Below, piece by piece: positions 46,265 through 55,485 of a DNA stretch of 64,000 nt; the first letter of the stretch is position 1; each line of letters opens with the position of its first letter. The notes beneath the pieces were generated by a model that searched no databases, was not told the DNA's origin, and worked only from the letters and a program-made list of their open reading frames with translations. A program made the translations under genes and the position numbers. The stretch is from an uncultured Chloroflexia bacterium (lineage in GTDB: Bacteria > Chloroflexota > Limnocylindria > Limnocylindrales > CSP1-4), in assembly GCA_963699965.1 (NCBI GenBank), contig CAVOVX010000006.1, positions 159,315 to 223,314 on the forward strand, given 5' to 3'.

Positions 46265-47533
46265 TTGACCTTCGACCATCTCGGCCTGTCGGCCGACATC
46301 CTTCGTGCCGTTGCGGACGAGGGCTACACCGAACCAACCCCGATCCAGGACAAGGCCGTCCCGTTCGTCCTCGCCGGCCGCGACGTGCTGGCCGCCGCCC
46401 AGACCGGGACCGGCAAGACGGCTGCCTTTACCTGGCCGATCCTCGAGCGGCTGAAGGACCAGGCGAACTCGAGCTTCTCGCCCGCGCGTCACCCGGTCCG
46501 CGCCCTGATGATCACGCCGACCCGCGAACTGGCGATGCAGATCGCCGACAGCGTGGCGGCCTACGGCCGGCACGTCCCGCTGCGCAGCGCGGTCGTCTAC
46601 GGCGGCGTTCCGATCGAGCCACAGATCAAGGAGCTGCGGGCCGGCGTCGAGATCCTCGTCGCCACCCCTGGCCGCCTGATGGATCACGTCGGGCAGCGCA
46701 CGGTCAACCTGTCGCAGGTCGAGATCCTGGTCCTCGACGAGGCGGATCGGATGCTCGACATGGGGTTCATCCCGGACATCCGCAAGATCGTCGCCCTCCT
46801 GCCGGAGCGACGCCAGAACCTGCTCTTCAGCGCGACGTTCTCGGACGAGATCCGGCGCCTGTCCAAGGAGTTCCTGCACGACCCGGCGACCGTCGAGGTG
46901 GCCGCCCGGAACACCGCCGCTGAGGGCGTCGAGCAGGTCCTCTACCCGGTCGACCGCGACCGCAAGGAGGATCTGCTCATCCACCTCATCCGGCGCGACA
47001 AGATGGAGCAGGTCCTCGTGTTCACCCGGACCAAGCTCGCCGCCAGCCGGCTCGCCTCGTACCTCGATCGGCGCGGGGTCAACGCCGTCGCGATCCACTC
47101 GGATCGCAGCCAGCCAGAGCGCACCCGGGCCCTCGAGGACTTCAAGCGCGGCGAGGTGACCTGCCTCGTGGCGACGGACGTGGCGTCGCGCGGGCTGGAC
47201 ATCGAGGAGCTGCCGTACGTGGTGAACTTCGAGCTTCCGTTCGAGGCGCTCGACTATCTCCACCGGATCGGGCGGACCGGCCGGGCCGGATCGAAGGGGA
47301 TCGCGATCTCGCTCGTGTGCATGGACGAGGTCGAGCTGCTGCGTGCCGTCCAGCGGCTGCTCAAGAAGGCGATCCCGTTCCGGGTCGTCGAGGGGTTCGA
47401 GCCGGACAAGACGATCCCGTCACGACCGATCCGCGGGTTCGGCCGTGACGGTGGATCTGGCCCCGACGGGCGGACCCACCACGCCCATCACAAGCCGATC
47501 CGGACCAGGCCCGCGGGCCGCCGGGCGAGCTAA
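46265..47533 (+). CDS. rhlE: DEAD-box ATP-dependent RNA helicase (RhlE-like)
   Basis: Q motif region GYTEPTPIQ, AQTGTGKT, PTRELA, VLDEADRMLDMGF, SAT and HRIGRTGRAG. The start is a TTG at 46265 with GGAG 5 nt upstream. The C-terminal tail is basic. Confidence 0.9.
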   Translation: MTFDHLGLSADILRAVADEGYTEPTPIQDKAVPFVLAGRDVLAAAQTGTGKTAAFTWPILERLKDQANSSFSPARHPVRALMITPTRELAMQIADSVAAYGRHVPLRSAVVYGGVPIEPQIKELRAGVEILVATPGRLMDHVGQRTVNLSQVEILVLDEADRMLDMGFIPDIRKIVALLPERRQNLLFSATFSDEIRRLSKEFLHDPATVEVAARNTAAEGVEQVLYPVDRDRKEDLLIHLIRRDKMEQVLVFTRTKLAASRLASYLDRRGVNAVAIHSDRSQPERTRALEDFKRGEVTCLVATDVASRGLDIEELPYVVNFELPFEALDYLHRIGRTGRAGSKGIAISLVCMDEVELLRAVQRLLKKAIPFRVVEGFEPDKTIPSRPIRGFGRDGGSGPDGRTHHAHHKPIRTRPAGRRAS

Positions 47534-47566
47534 GGCAGTCGGCTAAACCCTGCGCTGGCCGCGAAG

Positions 47567-48986
47567 CTAGGGCGCCGCGGCCGTCGAGGTCGGCGCCGGG
47601 CCCGAAGGCGACGGCGAGGCATCGGCGAGCGGCTTCGGCAGGGCGATCGACACGAGCTTGGCGGTCAGCGGGCGGAGGTCGACCCCGTTCTGATTGGTCA
47701 GGACGGCGATGGCCAGCCCGGACTTGGGCAGGTAGCGCAGCTCGCCGCGAGCTCCGATGAACCGGCCGCTGTGACCGTACGCCCGCCGACCGTCGACGAC
47801 GGTCACCTGGACGCCGAGTCCGTACGGCACGTACGGACGGTAGGCGGCGGTCTGCTTCGTGTCGCCGACGGCCAGGCTGAGCGTCTCCGGGCGCAGGACC
47901 TTGCCGCCGTAGAGGGCCCTGGCCCAGGCCGCCAGGTCCGACGAGGTCGCGGCGACGTCGCCCGCCGACCCGGCCGCCGTCACGACCGAGGTGAACGGCA
48001 CGATCGCCCCGCGCGCATCGGCGAGGTCGATCGGCTTGGCCGACGGCCCCGCCCGGTTGTAGTAGTAGCCGTGCGCGAGCGGGCCACGTGGCTGCTCGGC
48101 GCCCTGGATGTAGGCGTGCTCGAGGCGGAGTGGATCGACCAGGCGATCCCGGACGAGCTCGGCGAAGGGCGCGCCGCCGACCTGCTCGGCCACGAGCCCG
48201 AGCAGCAGGTAGTTCGTGTTCGAGTAGTGCCACGATCGGCCGGGCGTGCCGACTGCCTTGCCGACGTAGGCCAGGGCCCGATCGGCCGTCCAGGTGGCGC
48301 CACGATCGGCCATCGAGGGCCTTGTCGACCCCCTGGCCGAAGAAGAAGTCGGCCAGCCCGCTCGTGTGGTCGAGCAGCATCCGGACGGTGACGGCGGTCG
48401 GGATCGGCCGGGGCGGCTTCCCAAGGCGCACGTTCGGCAGGATCGTGGCGACCTTCGTGTCGAGGCCGAGCTTGCCGTCGTCGACCAGACCGAGGATCAG
48501 CGCCGCGGTGAACGTCTTCGACATGCTCGCGATCGCAAAGGTCGTGTCGGCGGTGACCGCCCGACCCGCCTTGACGTCGGCGTAGCCGGTCGTGCCGGTC
48601 CAGCTCCGGCCGTCCGGCCAGCTGATCGAGACGCTCGACCCGGGCAGCCGGTTCACCCGCGCGAAGCGGTCCAGGCTCCGCTGGAGTCGGGCGGCAACGT
48701 CAGGGCTGATCTCGGTGCCGGCCGGCAGGCCGGGGGTCGGCGTCGGCGTCGGCGTGGGGCCGGGAGTCGAGGAGGGCGTCGGTTGCCCAGGGGTCGGGGT
48801 CGGTCCCGATCCGCCGAGGTCGCCGTTCCCTGCCGTGGCGGCCGCCACGCCCGACGCCGGGACGGTCGCGGTCGGGCCGGTCGAGCCCGCCGGGGAGCCT
48901 GATCCCGGGACGCCGCTCACGACGAACAGCCCGGCGGCCACGACCGCGGCAAGGAGGAGCGGTCCGACCAGATTCCGACGGGACAT
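47567..48986 (-). pseudogene. Serine hydrolase of the beta-lactamase/D-Ala-D-Ala carboxypeptidase (class C-like) family, secreted; frameshifted near 48314
   Basis: A signal/TM segment and a Pro/Thr linker come first. The SxxK motif is in AIASMSKTFTAA, followed by LLDHTSGL. After a shift at VDKAL the frame reads MADRGATWTADRALAYV...YSNTNYLLLG...GHSGRFIG (ORF 47567..48424). Confidence 0.8.
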
Positions 48987-49013
48987 CGGGCACGACTATA
49001 CGGCGCGACCCGG

Positions 49014-49787
49014 GTGTGCGCCGTCGGAGACGGTCCGCTCCTCGTGACGGCCGGGGGTCCGGCTAGACTTAGCCCCGGCGCGACGGCCCACTGCCGCGGC
49101 GGTCAAGGGAAGGAGGGGCGAGTAGTCGACACGAAGAAGCTCCTCGCCGAACTGCTTGGCACGTTCGCGTTCTTCCTGATCGGGTTCACGGCGATCCTGT
49201 CGACCCACGCCTTCCCCGGCGGCCCCGATCTCGTGATCATCGGCTTCGGGTTCGGGCTCGGTCTGTTCGTCGGGATCCAGGCGTTCGGGGCGATCTCGGG
49301 TGGCCACTACAACCCGGCGGTGACGGTCGCCGCCGTCCTCGACGGACGGCTCGACTGGGTCACGGGGGTGGGGTACGTGGTGTCGCAGTTGATCGGCGGG
49401 ATCGGAGCGGCGGCATTCGTCCTGACGATGTCGAGCCAGGCAGCGGTCGCCGACACGGAGACGCTCCCGGGCAAGGGCATCAACGACATCCAGGCGGTGA
49501 TCATCGAGGCCGTGTTCACGGCGATCTTCCTCGTGGTGATCCTGACCGTCACCAGGAAGGCCCCGAGCCAGGCCGCCTTCGCGATCGGACTGACCCTCCT
49601 CGTGATCCATTTCGCGATCGTTCCGTTCACCGGCTCGTCGCTGAACCCGGCCCGGTCGATCGCCTCGGCGGTCATCGGCCAGAAGGACCTTGGCCAGCTC
49701 TGGATCTACATCGTCGGCCCGATCGTCGGCGGCGCCCTCGGCTGGGCGGCCTACCGCTTCGTGAACGGGGACGCGGACGCTGTCTGA
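49014..49787 (+). CDS. aqpZ: Aquaporin/MIP-family channel; start codon uncertain
   Basis: Two NPA boxes (HYNPAVT, SLNPARS) and 6 TM segments. The family N-terminus KKLLAELLGTFAFF begins at about 49131. See the finding on the Shine-Dalgarno without a canonical start. Confidence 0.85.
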   Translation: MCAVGDGPLLVTAGGPARLSPGATAHCRGGQGKEGRVVDTKKLLAELLGTFAFFLIGFTAILSTHAFPGGPDLVIIGFGFGLGLFVGIQAFGAISGGHYNPAVTVAAVLDGRLDWVTGVGYVVSQLIGGIGAAAFVLTMSSQAAVADTETLPGKGINDIQAVIIEAVFTAIFLVVILTVTRKAPSQAAFAIGLTLLVIHFAIVPFTGSSLNPARSIASAVIGQKDLGQLWIYIVGPIVGGALGWAAYRFVNGDADAV

Positions 49788-49851
49788 CAACGGTCGTCCC
49801 CCCGGCCAGCGCGCTCCGAGCGGTCCGGAGCTCCTGCGCTCGGTCGGCCTG

Positions 49852-51060
49852 ATGGCCGACGGGCCGGCGACGTTCGGGACCCCGGTCCGCTCGAACAAGC
49901 CCGGTGTCTACGTCGTGGAGCTGGCCGCGCCACTCGCGGCGGCTCCAGTCGACTTCAACGTGGTCGGGCGCTGGCTGGAGCGGGTCCCGACCCTGACGCT
50001 CGACGGCGTCCGGCCGACCGGTCGTGACCTGTCCGCCCGCCTTCATGCCTTCTGGCTGCCGGACCAGACCGTGCTGTACGTCGGCATGTCGAACGCCTCG
50101 ATCGGCAGTCGGGTCGGAGCGTTCGTCCGGACCCCGCTCGGCGATCGCAAGCCATACGCCGGCGGGTACTGGCTCAAGACGCTGACCGACCTCGACCGGC
50201 TCCGCGTCTGGTGGGCCGAGACCGATGCCGCCGAGGAGTACGAGGACGCCCTGCTCGACGCCTTCGCCGCGGCGGTCCCGGCCGAAGTGGCGGCCACGCT
50301 CCACGACCCAACGATCGTGCTGCCGTTCGCCAACCTCCAGCGGGCCGATCGGGTCCGGAAGCAGCACGGGCTGGCCGGTGCCCTGCTCGCGGACGAGGCG
50401 GCCGAACCGGTCACGGATGCCGAGCGACGGGCGGCCGCGGCCAAGGCCAGGACCGGGGGAACGACGAGCGGCGTCCTCCGCTCGCGGACAGCGCTCAAGA
50501 CCGGCCCGCCCCGGACGTCTTCGCCTCGAGCGCCGGCCACGTCCTCGGCCGGTCGCGCAGCGCGGGCGGCGGGGCCGACCACGGGGAGCAAGGCGCAGCG
50601 ACCGCCGACGCGGCTGTCGGCATCGGGTCAGGCCGCCCTCCAGGCCGAGCTCCACGAGCTGATCACCGTGGCCCGACCGGCGATCGTCGCCCGGATCGCG
50701 GCGGCCCGCGAGCTCGGCGACCTCAAGGAGAACTCGGACTACCACGAGGCTCGCCGGGAGCAGTCGTTCGCCGAGGGCCGGATCCAGGCGATCGAGGATC
50801 TCCTCCGCCACGTCGAGATCATCGACGAGGGCGCCTCCGACGGGCGGGCGCGACTCGGCTCGACGGTCGTGGTCGAGGGACCGCACGGCGACGAGGAGAC
50901 GTTCACCCTCGTCGGCTCGAGCGAGGCCAACCCGGCTGCCGGTCGGATCTCGGCGGGCTCGCCGATCGGCGCGGCGCTCCTCGACGGAGCGGTCGGCGAC
51001 GAAGTGGAGGCGATCATCCCGTCCGGGCGGATGCGGTTCAAGATCCTCGCCGTTCGCTGA
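49852..51060 (+). CDS. GreA-family transcript-cleavage factor with about 250-aa N-terminal extension (unknown domain plus basic linker)
   Basis: The C-terminal 150 aa (50608..51060) read LQAELHELI...ELGDLKENSDYHEARREQSFAEGRIQAIEDLL...ISAGSPIGAALLDGAVGDEVE, a GreA coiled-coil plus globular domain. I do not recognise the N-terminal domain (KPGVYVVEL...VLYVGMSNASIGSRVGAF). Confidence 0.8.
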   Translation: MADGPATFGTPVRSNKPGVYVVELAAPLAAAPVDFNVVGRWLERVPTLTLDGVRPTGRDLSARLHAFWLPDQTVLYVGMSNASIGSRVGAFVRTPLGDRKPYAGGYWLKTLTDLDRLRVWWAETDAAEEYEDALLDAFAAAVPAEVAATLHDPTIVLPFANLQRADRVRKQHGLAGALLADEAAEPVTDAERRAAAAKARTGGTTSGVLRSRTALKTGPPRTSSPRAPATSSAGRAARAAGPTTGSKAQRPPTRLSASGQAALQAELHELITVARPAIVARIAAARELGDLKENSDYHEARREQSFAEGRIQAIEDLLRHVEIIDEGASDGRARLGSTVVVEGPHGDEETFTLVGSSEANPAAGRISAGSPIGAALLDGAVGDEVEAIIPSGRMRFKILAVR

Positions 51061-51090
51061 GAATTCCCGCGGTCGCGGATCGGCGACCAG

Positions 51091-51466
51091 GTGGCTCGGC
51101 GAGGAGCGGTCATCTTGAGCGTGCTCGCCGCGTCGCTGATCGTCGCGGGCTGCTCGTCGTCTCCCCCGGCCAGCGCAGGCGTCGATCGACCCGAGCGTGG
51201 TCAGGCTGGTGGCCTCGGGCGCGCAGTTCATCACAAAGGACGCTTCGGCCCCGGCCAACAAGCCCTTCCAGATCGCGTTCGAGAGCCAGACCTCCGAGGG
51301 GCACGACCTGGCGATCGCCCTGCCGAACGCCGATCCGATCTTCCGCTCGGAGGTCTTCCCCGGCCCGACGACGAAGACATTCGCGATTGAGCCACTGGCC
51401 GCCGGCTCGTACATCTATCGCTGCGACGTCCATCCCGGGATGCAGGGGATCCTGACGGTCAAGTAG
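51091..51466 (+). pseudogene. Cupredoxin (plastocyanin/azurin-like) lipoprotein, frameshifted near 51185
   Basis: A lipobox signal LSVLAASLIVAGCSSS is in ORF 51091... After the shift comes the cupredoxin body with type-1 Cu ligands (EGHDLAI ... YRCDVHPGMQG) in ORF 51197..51466. Confidence 0.7.
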
Positions 51467-51478
51467 GCCAGCCCCGGG

Positions 51479-52282
51479 TCAGCTCGGCGCGGCCAGGTCT
51501 CGTCGCGGGAAGACGGTCAGGGAGACGGCGAGTCCGACCAGGAACACGCCGATCGGAACGAGCCAATCGCCGGCCGTCATCGTCCCGTTGAGCGCGCCCT
51601 TTGGGTCGAGATAGTGGAACAGCGAGTACGGCTGGAGTCCGCGGGCATCGACCCATAGCGAGCCGATGATCTCGAGGAAGTACGAGACCAGCACAAAGCC
51701 CAGGCTCAACGCCAGGGCCGGACTGAGTCGGTCGAACGAGACCGAGGCGGCCAGGGCGACCGAGCCGAATGCCGCGAAGACCAGCAACCCGTTCAGCCAC
51801 ATCAGCCCGAGACGTTCGGGCCGGAGCTCGGCCAGCGCGCCGCTGAGCGTCGATCCGATCAGCGTGCCAAGAACCTGGGCGGCCATCGCGATCGCCACGA
51901 ACACGATCGTGGCGACGAGCAGGGTCAGGTAGAGCCGGCGGCGCGACAACGGCCGGGCGAGCAGGACCTCGAGCGTGCCTCGCTGACGCTCGCCGGCCAC
52001 CGAGGCGACCGCGAACCCGAGCGCGAAGACGAGAGCGAGGGCGACAGCGATCGGATGGATGAACCCGAGGGCGATGGTCCCGGGCAGGGTGAACAGGTCG
52101 CCGCCCCCGAATTGGACGAACTGCTCCGGGATCGCACCGGTCCCGAGGAGGACCTGGATCTGCTCCTTGAACGCCTCGTAGATGACCGGCATCAGGGAGC
52201 CCCAGATCGTCAATGCAATCGCCACCGCGAGCAGCTTGATGCGCTGGGCGCGCCACGTGCGAAGGAACAGCTGCCAGCTCAC
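51479..52282 (-). CDS. ABC-2 type transporter permease
   Basis: 267 aa with 6 TM segments. It is translationally coupled to the upstream ATPase (overlap at 52279-52282). Confidence 0.75.
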   Translation of the reverse strand: MSWQLFLRTWRAQRIKLLAVAIALTIWGSLMPVIYEAFKEQIQVLLGTGAIPEQFVQFGGGDLFTLPGTIALGFIHPIAVALALVFALGFAVASVAGERQRGTLEVLLARPLSRRRLYLTLLVATIVFVAIAMAAQVLGTLIGSTLSGALAELRPERLGLMWLNGLLVFAAFGSVALAASVSFDRLSPALALSLGFVLVSYFLEIIGSLWVDARGLQPYSLFHYLDPKGALNGTMTAGDWLVPIGVFLVGLAVSLTVFPRRDLAAPS

Positions 52283-53196
52283 GCCGAGCCCTCGTAGAAC
52301 TCCAGGAAGGCCTCCTCGAGGTGGGCGGGCTCGATCGTCAGGTCGACCACCGGCGCACCGGCGATCGCGATCAGGAACGGCCCGACGTCCCCCTCGAGCT
52401 GGCAGGTCAGGAGGCCGTCGTGGGACGAGATCCCGCTGACCCCCGGCACCCGGGTCAGATCCGGCAGCAGGCCATTAACGCGGAGCTCGACTCGGCGCTT
52501 GCGCCGGGCGAGGAGCGCGCTCACGTCCTCGAGCGCGACGAGCCGGCCGGACCGGATGATCGCAACCCGGTCGCAGACCCGCTCAACCTCGGACAGGACA
52601 TGCGAGCTGAAGAAGATCGTCCGGCCGGCCGCGCGAAGGTCGTCGAGGACCTCGTAGAACGCCCGCTGCATGAGCGGGTCGAGGCCCTCGGTCGGCTCGT
52701 CGAGGATGGCCAGCTCGGGGTCGTGCTGGAGAGCCTGGATGATCCCGATCTTCTGGCGCATCCCGCGCGAGTAGTCGCGGACCGGACGGTGGAGCGTCTG
52801 CTCCGAGAGCTCGAGCCGGTCGAGCAGCTCGGCCCGACGGATCGGTGGCCGGCCGTACAGCCGGCCGAGGTAGTCGAGCAGGTCGAGCCCGGTCATCCCG
52901 TCGTACAGGGCGATCCCGCCGGGTAGGTAGCCGACCCGACCGCGGATCTCGACGGAGGCCGCCTGGCTGTCGAGCCCGAGCACCTCGGCCCTGCCCGAGC
53001 TGGGATGGAGAAGGCCGAGGAGCAGCCGGATCATCGTGCTCTTGCCTGCCCCGTTGGGGCCGAGAAACCCGAAGATCTCGCCTACGTTCACCTGGATCGA
53101 CAGGTCGGTCAGCGCGACGACCTCCGAGCCTGCGCGGGGCCCGAGGCGCGGGTGACCGTAGTGCTTGGACAGGCTCTCGGTCCGGAGTGCGTCCAC
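52279..53196 (-). CDS. ABC transporter ATP-binding protein
   Basis: Walker A GPNGAGKST, signature YSRGMRQK, and Walker B LAILDEPTEGLD. Confidence 0.9.
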   Translation of the reverse strand: MDALRTESLSKHYGHPRLGPRAGSEVVALTDLSIQVNVGEIFGFLGPNGAGKSTMIRLLLGLLHPSSGRAEVLGLDSQAASVEIRGRVGYLPGGIALYDGMTGLDLLDYLGRLYGRPPIRRAELLDRLELSEQTLHRPVRDYSRGMRQKIGIIQALQHDPELAILDEPTEGLDPLMQRAFYEVLDDLRAAGRTIFFSSHVLSEVERVCDRVAIIRSGRLVALEDVSALLARRKRRVELRVNGLLPDLTRVPGVSGISSHDGLLTCQLEGDVGPFLIAIAGAPVVDLTIEPAHLEEAFLEFYEGSA

Positions 53197-53395
53197 GGCC
53201 GACAGGCTACACCGGCCCCCGAGCAGGCCGCAGCGGCAGCGGGACGCTCGAGGACCCCAAGGACGGCGCAGGCACGACGGTCAACCGGTCGCACGGTCAT
53301 GGGCCGTTCGGGTCGGTCGGGTCTGGTCCCGTCGGGTGGTTTCCAAGGGGCCCCGGGATGGCCCATGGTGCTAGCCTTCCCGCAGGAGAAGCGCC

Positions 53396-54785
53396 TTGTC
53401 CGTGCCCGACCAGGGACCCCTCCATCCGCGCGTCCGCGCAACCCGGCCCGGTGTCCGCGCGAGCCGGCGGCGACGAGTTGGCGGGCGGGGTGGCCGGACC
53501 CGGCTGGTGCTGCTCGCGGCGATCGGCCTGGTCGTCGGGGCCCTGTCACTCGCACCGACGGTCGGTGCCGCCGCGCCAGTGTCCGTCGCGCCCGACGCGA
53601 CCCCATCGGAGCCGATCATGTTCTACGGCCGCGGCTACGGCCACGGGGTCGGGATGTCGCAGTACGGGGCGCGCGGTCGGGCGCTGGCCGGCCAGGACGC
53701 GGCGACGATCCTCGCTCATTACTACCAGGGGACGACGCTCGGTGCGACCGACCCGAACCGCCCGGTCCGGATCCTCGTCCTCCAGTCGTTCAAGCCGTCC
53801 GCCGCCAGGCCGCTCAGGCTCTACGGCCGCGGCGGCTCGTGGACGATCGACAGGATCGCGACCACGTTTCCCCGCGACGCGCAGCTCCGGGTGACGAAGG
53901 CGGGTGCCGGGTTCCGCCTCGTCGTGCGTTCGAAATCGGGCGGCCTGCTCCTCGATCATCGCTCGTCGGGCCTCGTGCGCGTTCGCGCCGGGACCGCGGC
54001 CGGTGCCCGGATCCAGGTCTGGTCGAAGCCCGGGAGCTTCGACCGCTATCGCGGCGTGATCCGCCTGCGCTCGACGAAGTCCGGGGTCGACGCGATCAAC
54101 GAGACCCAGCTCGACCTCTACCTGCGGGGAGTCGTCCCGGTCGAGATGCCGTCGTCCTGGCCGGTCGAGGCGCTCCGCGCCCAGGCGATCGCCGCCCGGA
54201 GCTACGCCGGACACCGACTCCATCCGAAGACCGGCCAGTGGGACCTGTACGACGACGGCCGGACCCAGGTGTACCGCGGCTCGCTCGCCGAGAAGGCGGC
54301 CACGAACGCCGCGATTGCCGACACCGCCGGGCAGGTCGTCCGGAGCGGGACGAGGATCGCCAACACGCTCTTCCATTCGACTGGCGGCGGAGCCACCGAG
54401 GACAACGAGAACGTGTTCACTTCCGCTGACCGGCAAGATCGTCGCCGGGCCCGTGTCGTACCTCCGTGGCTCGGCCGACCGCGCCGAGGACGGCACGCCG
54501 TATGACGCCGGCGCCCCACGCGCGTCGTGGCAGACCGCCGCCTATACGCTCGACCAGCTGTCGGCCGTGTTCGGCGCCGACCCGCGGACGAACGTCGGGC
54601 CGATCGACGCGCTCGACCTGTCGAAGGTCGGGGTCTCCGGCCGGCTGATCAGCGTGACCCTCCACGGCAGCCTCGGCACGAAGACCGTCTCAGGGGCCGT
54701 GTTCCGCTCGGTGTTCAACGCCGAGACGCCGGCGACCGACCCGTTCATGTGGAGCACCCTCGTCTCGACGGCGCCGATCCCCTGA
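53396..54785 (+). pseudogene. SpoIID/LytB domain protein (secreted), frameshifted near 54428
   Basis: Motifs are GRGYGHGVGMSQYGA, YLRGVVPVEMP, EALRAQAIAARSYA and LFHSTGGGATEDNENVF. After the shift the frame reads TGKIVAGPVSYLRGSAD... (ORF 54315..54785). The start is a TTG at 53396 with AGGAGA upstream. Confidence 0.85.
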
Positions 54786-54828
54786 CGGGACCGGCGCCCG
54801 TACCGGCTAATTGAGCCGGACATGAAAG

Positions 54829-54858
54829 ACGGCGGCTCCGCGTTGGCAGAGCCGCCGT
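54829..54858 (-). terminator. Rho-independent terminator candidate for the repeat-protein gene
   Basis: ACGGCGGCTC-N10-GAGCCGCCGT forms a 10-bp stem. On the minus strand it is followed by CTTTCAT. It lies 20 nt after the stop at 54878. Confidence 0.55.
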
Positions 54859-54877
54859 GAGGGAGGGTAGCCGGCGA

Positions 54878-55358
54878 TCAGTCGTCGCTGCCGTGGCCAC
54901 CGTGGTCGTTGCCGCCCTTGTCGTCGGCGCCGTGGCCGCTCGTGGAGCTGCCACCGTTGTCGTCGGCGCGATGGCTGGTCTTGGAGCTGCCGCCGTTGTC
55001 GCGTCGGCGCTCAGCGGTCACTGCGTGGCGCCGCCCTTGTCGTCGCCGGGCTCAGCAGTCGCGCCGGCGCCCTTGTCGTCACCGGGCTCGAGCTCGCCCC
55101 GACCGCCCTTGTCATCACCGGGCTCAGCCGTCGCGCTCGCGCCGTTGTCGTTTCCGGGCTCGGCGGTCGCGCTGGCGCCGTTGTCGTCGCCCGGCTCGGT
55201 CGTCGGGCGGGCCGCCCGGTCGTCGACCGACTGGAGCTCACGCGCGAGCGTGATCGTGTCCGGGGCCTGGGCCCAACCGCGGGTCCGGCAAGGCTGTTGC
55301 CGACGGCGACGGCCAATGCGGCCACTGCGACGACGAGGCTGATGCGGATCTTGTTCAT
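54878..55358 (-). pseudogene. Small secreted acidic protein made of about 12-aa EPGDD(N/K)G-type repeats; two frame breaks
   Basis: The ATG at 55358 has GGAGA 5-6 nt upstream. The signal peptide is MNKIRISLVVAVAALAVAVGNSLA. In a second frame the sequence reads AQAPDTITLARELQSVDDRAARPTTEPGDDNGASATAEPGNDNGASATAEPGDDKGGRGELEPGDDKGAGATAEPGDDKGGATQ. In a third frame it reads VTAERRRDNGGSSKTSHRADDNGGSSTSGHGADDKGGNDHGGHGSDD*. Confidence 0.6.
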
Positions 55359-55485
55359 GGCGTTCTCCCTGGGTCGACTGGTCTGGCGATTTGGTTCGCT
55401 GAGACGAGGTTGCGGCCGTCCACAGGCGTCCACAACGGACCACGGGGCTGAAACCTTTCAGACCTTGGTCTGACTCGTACGAGGT

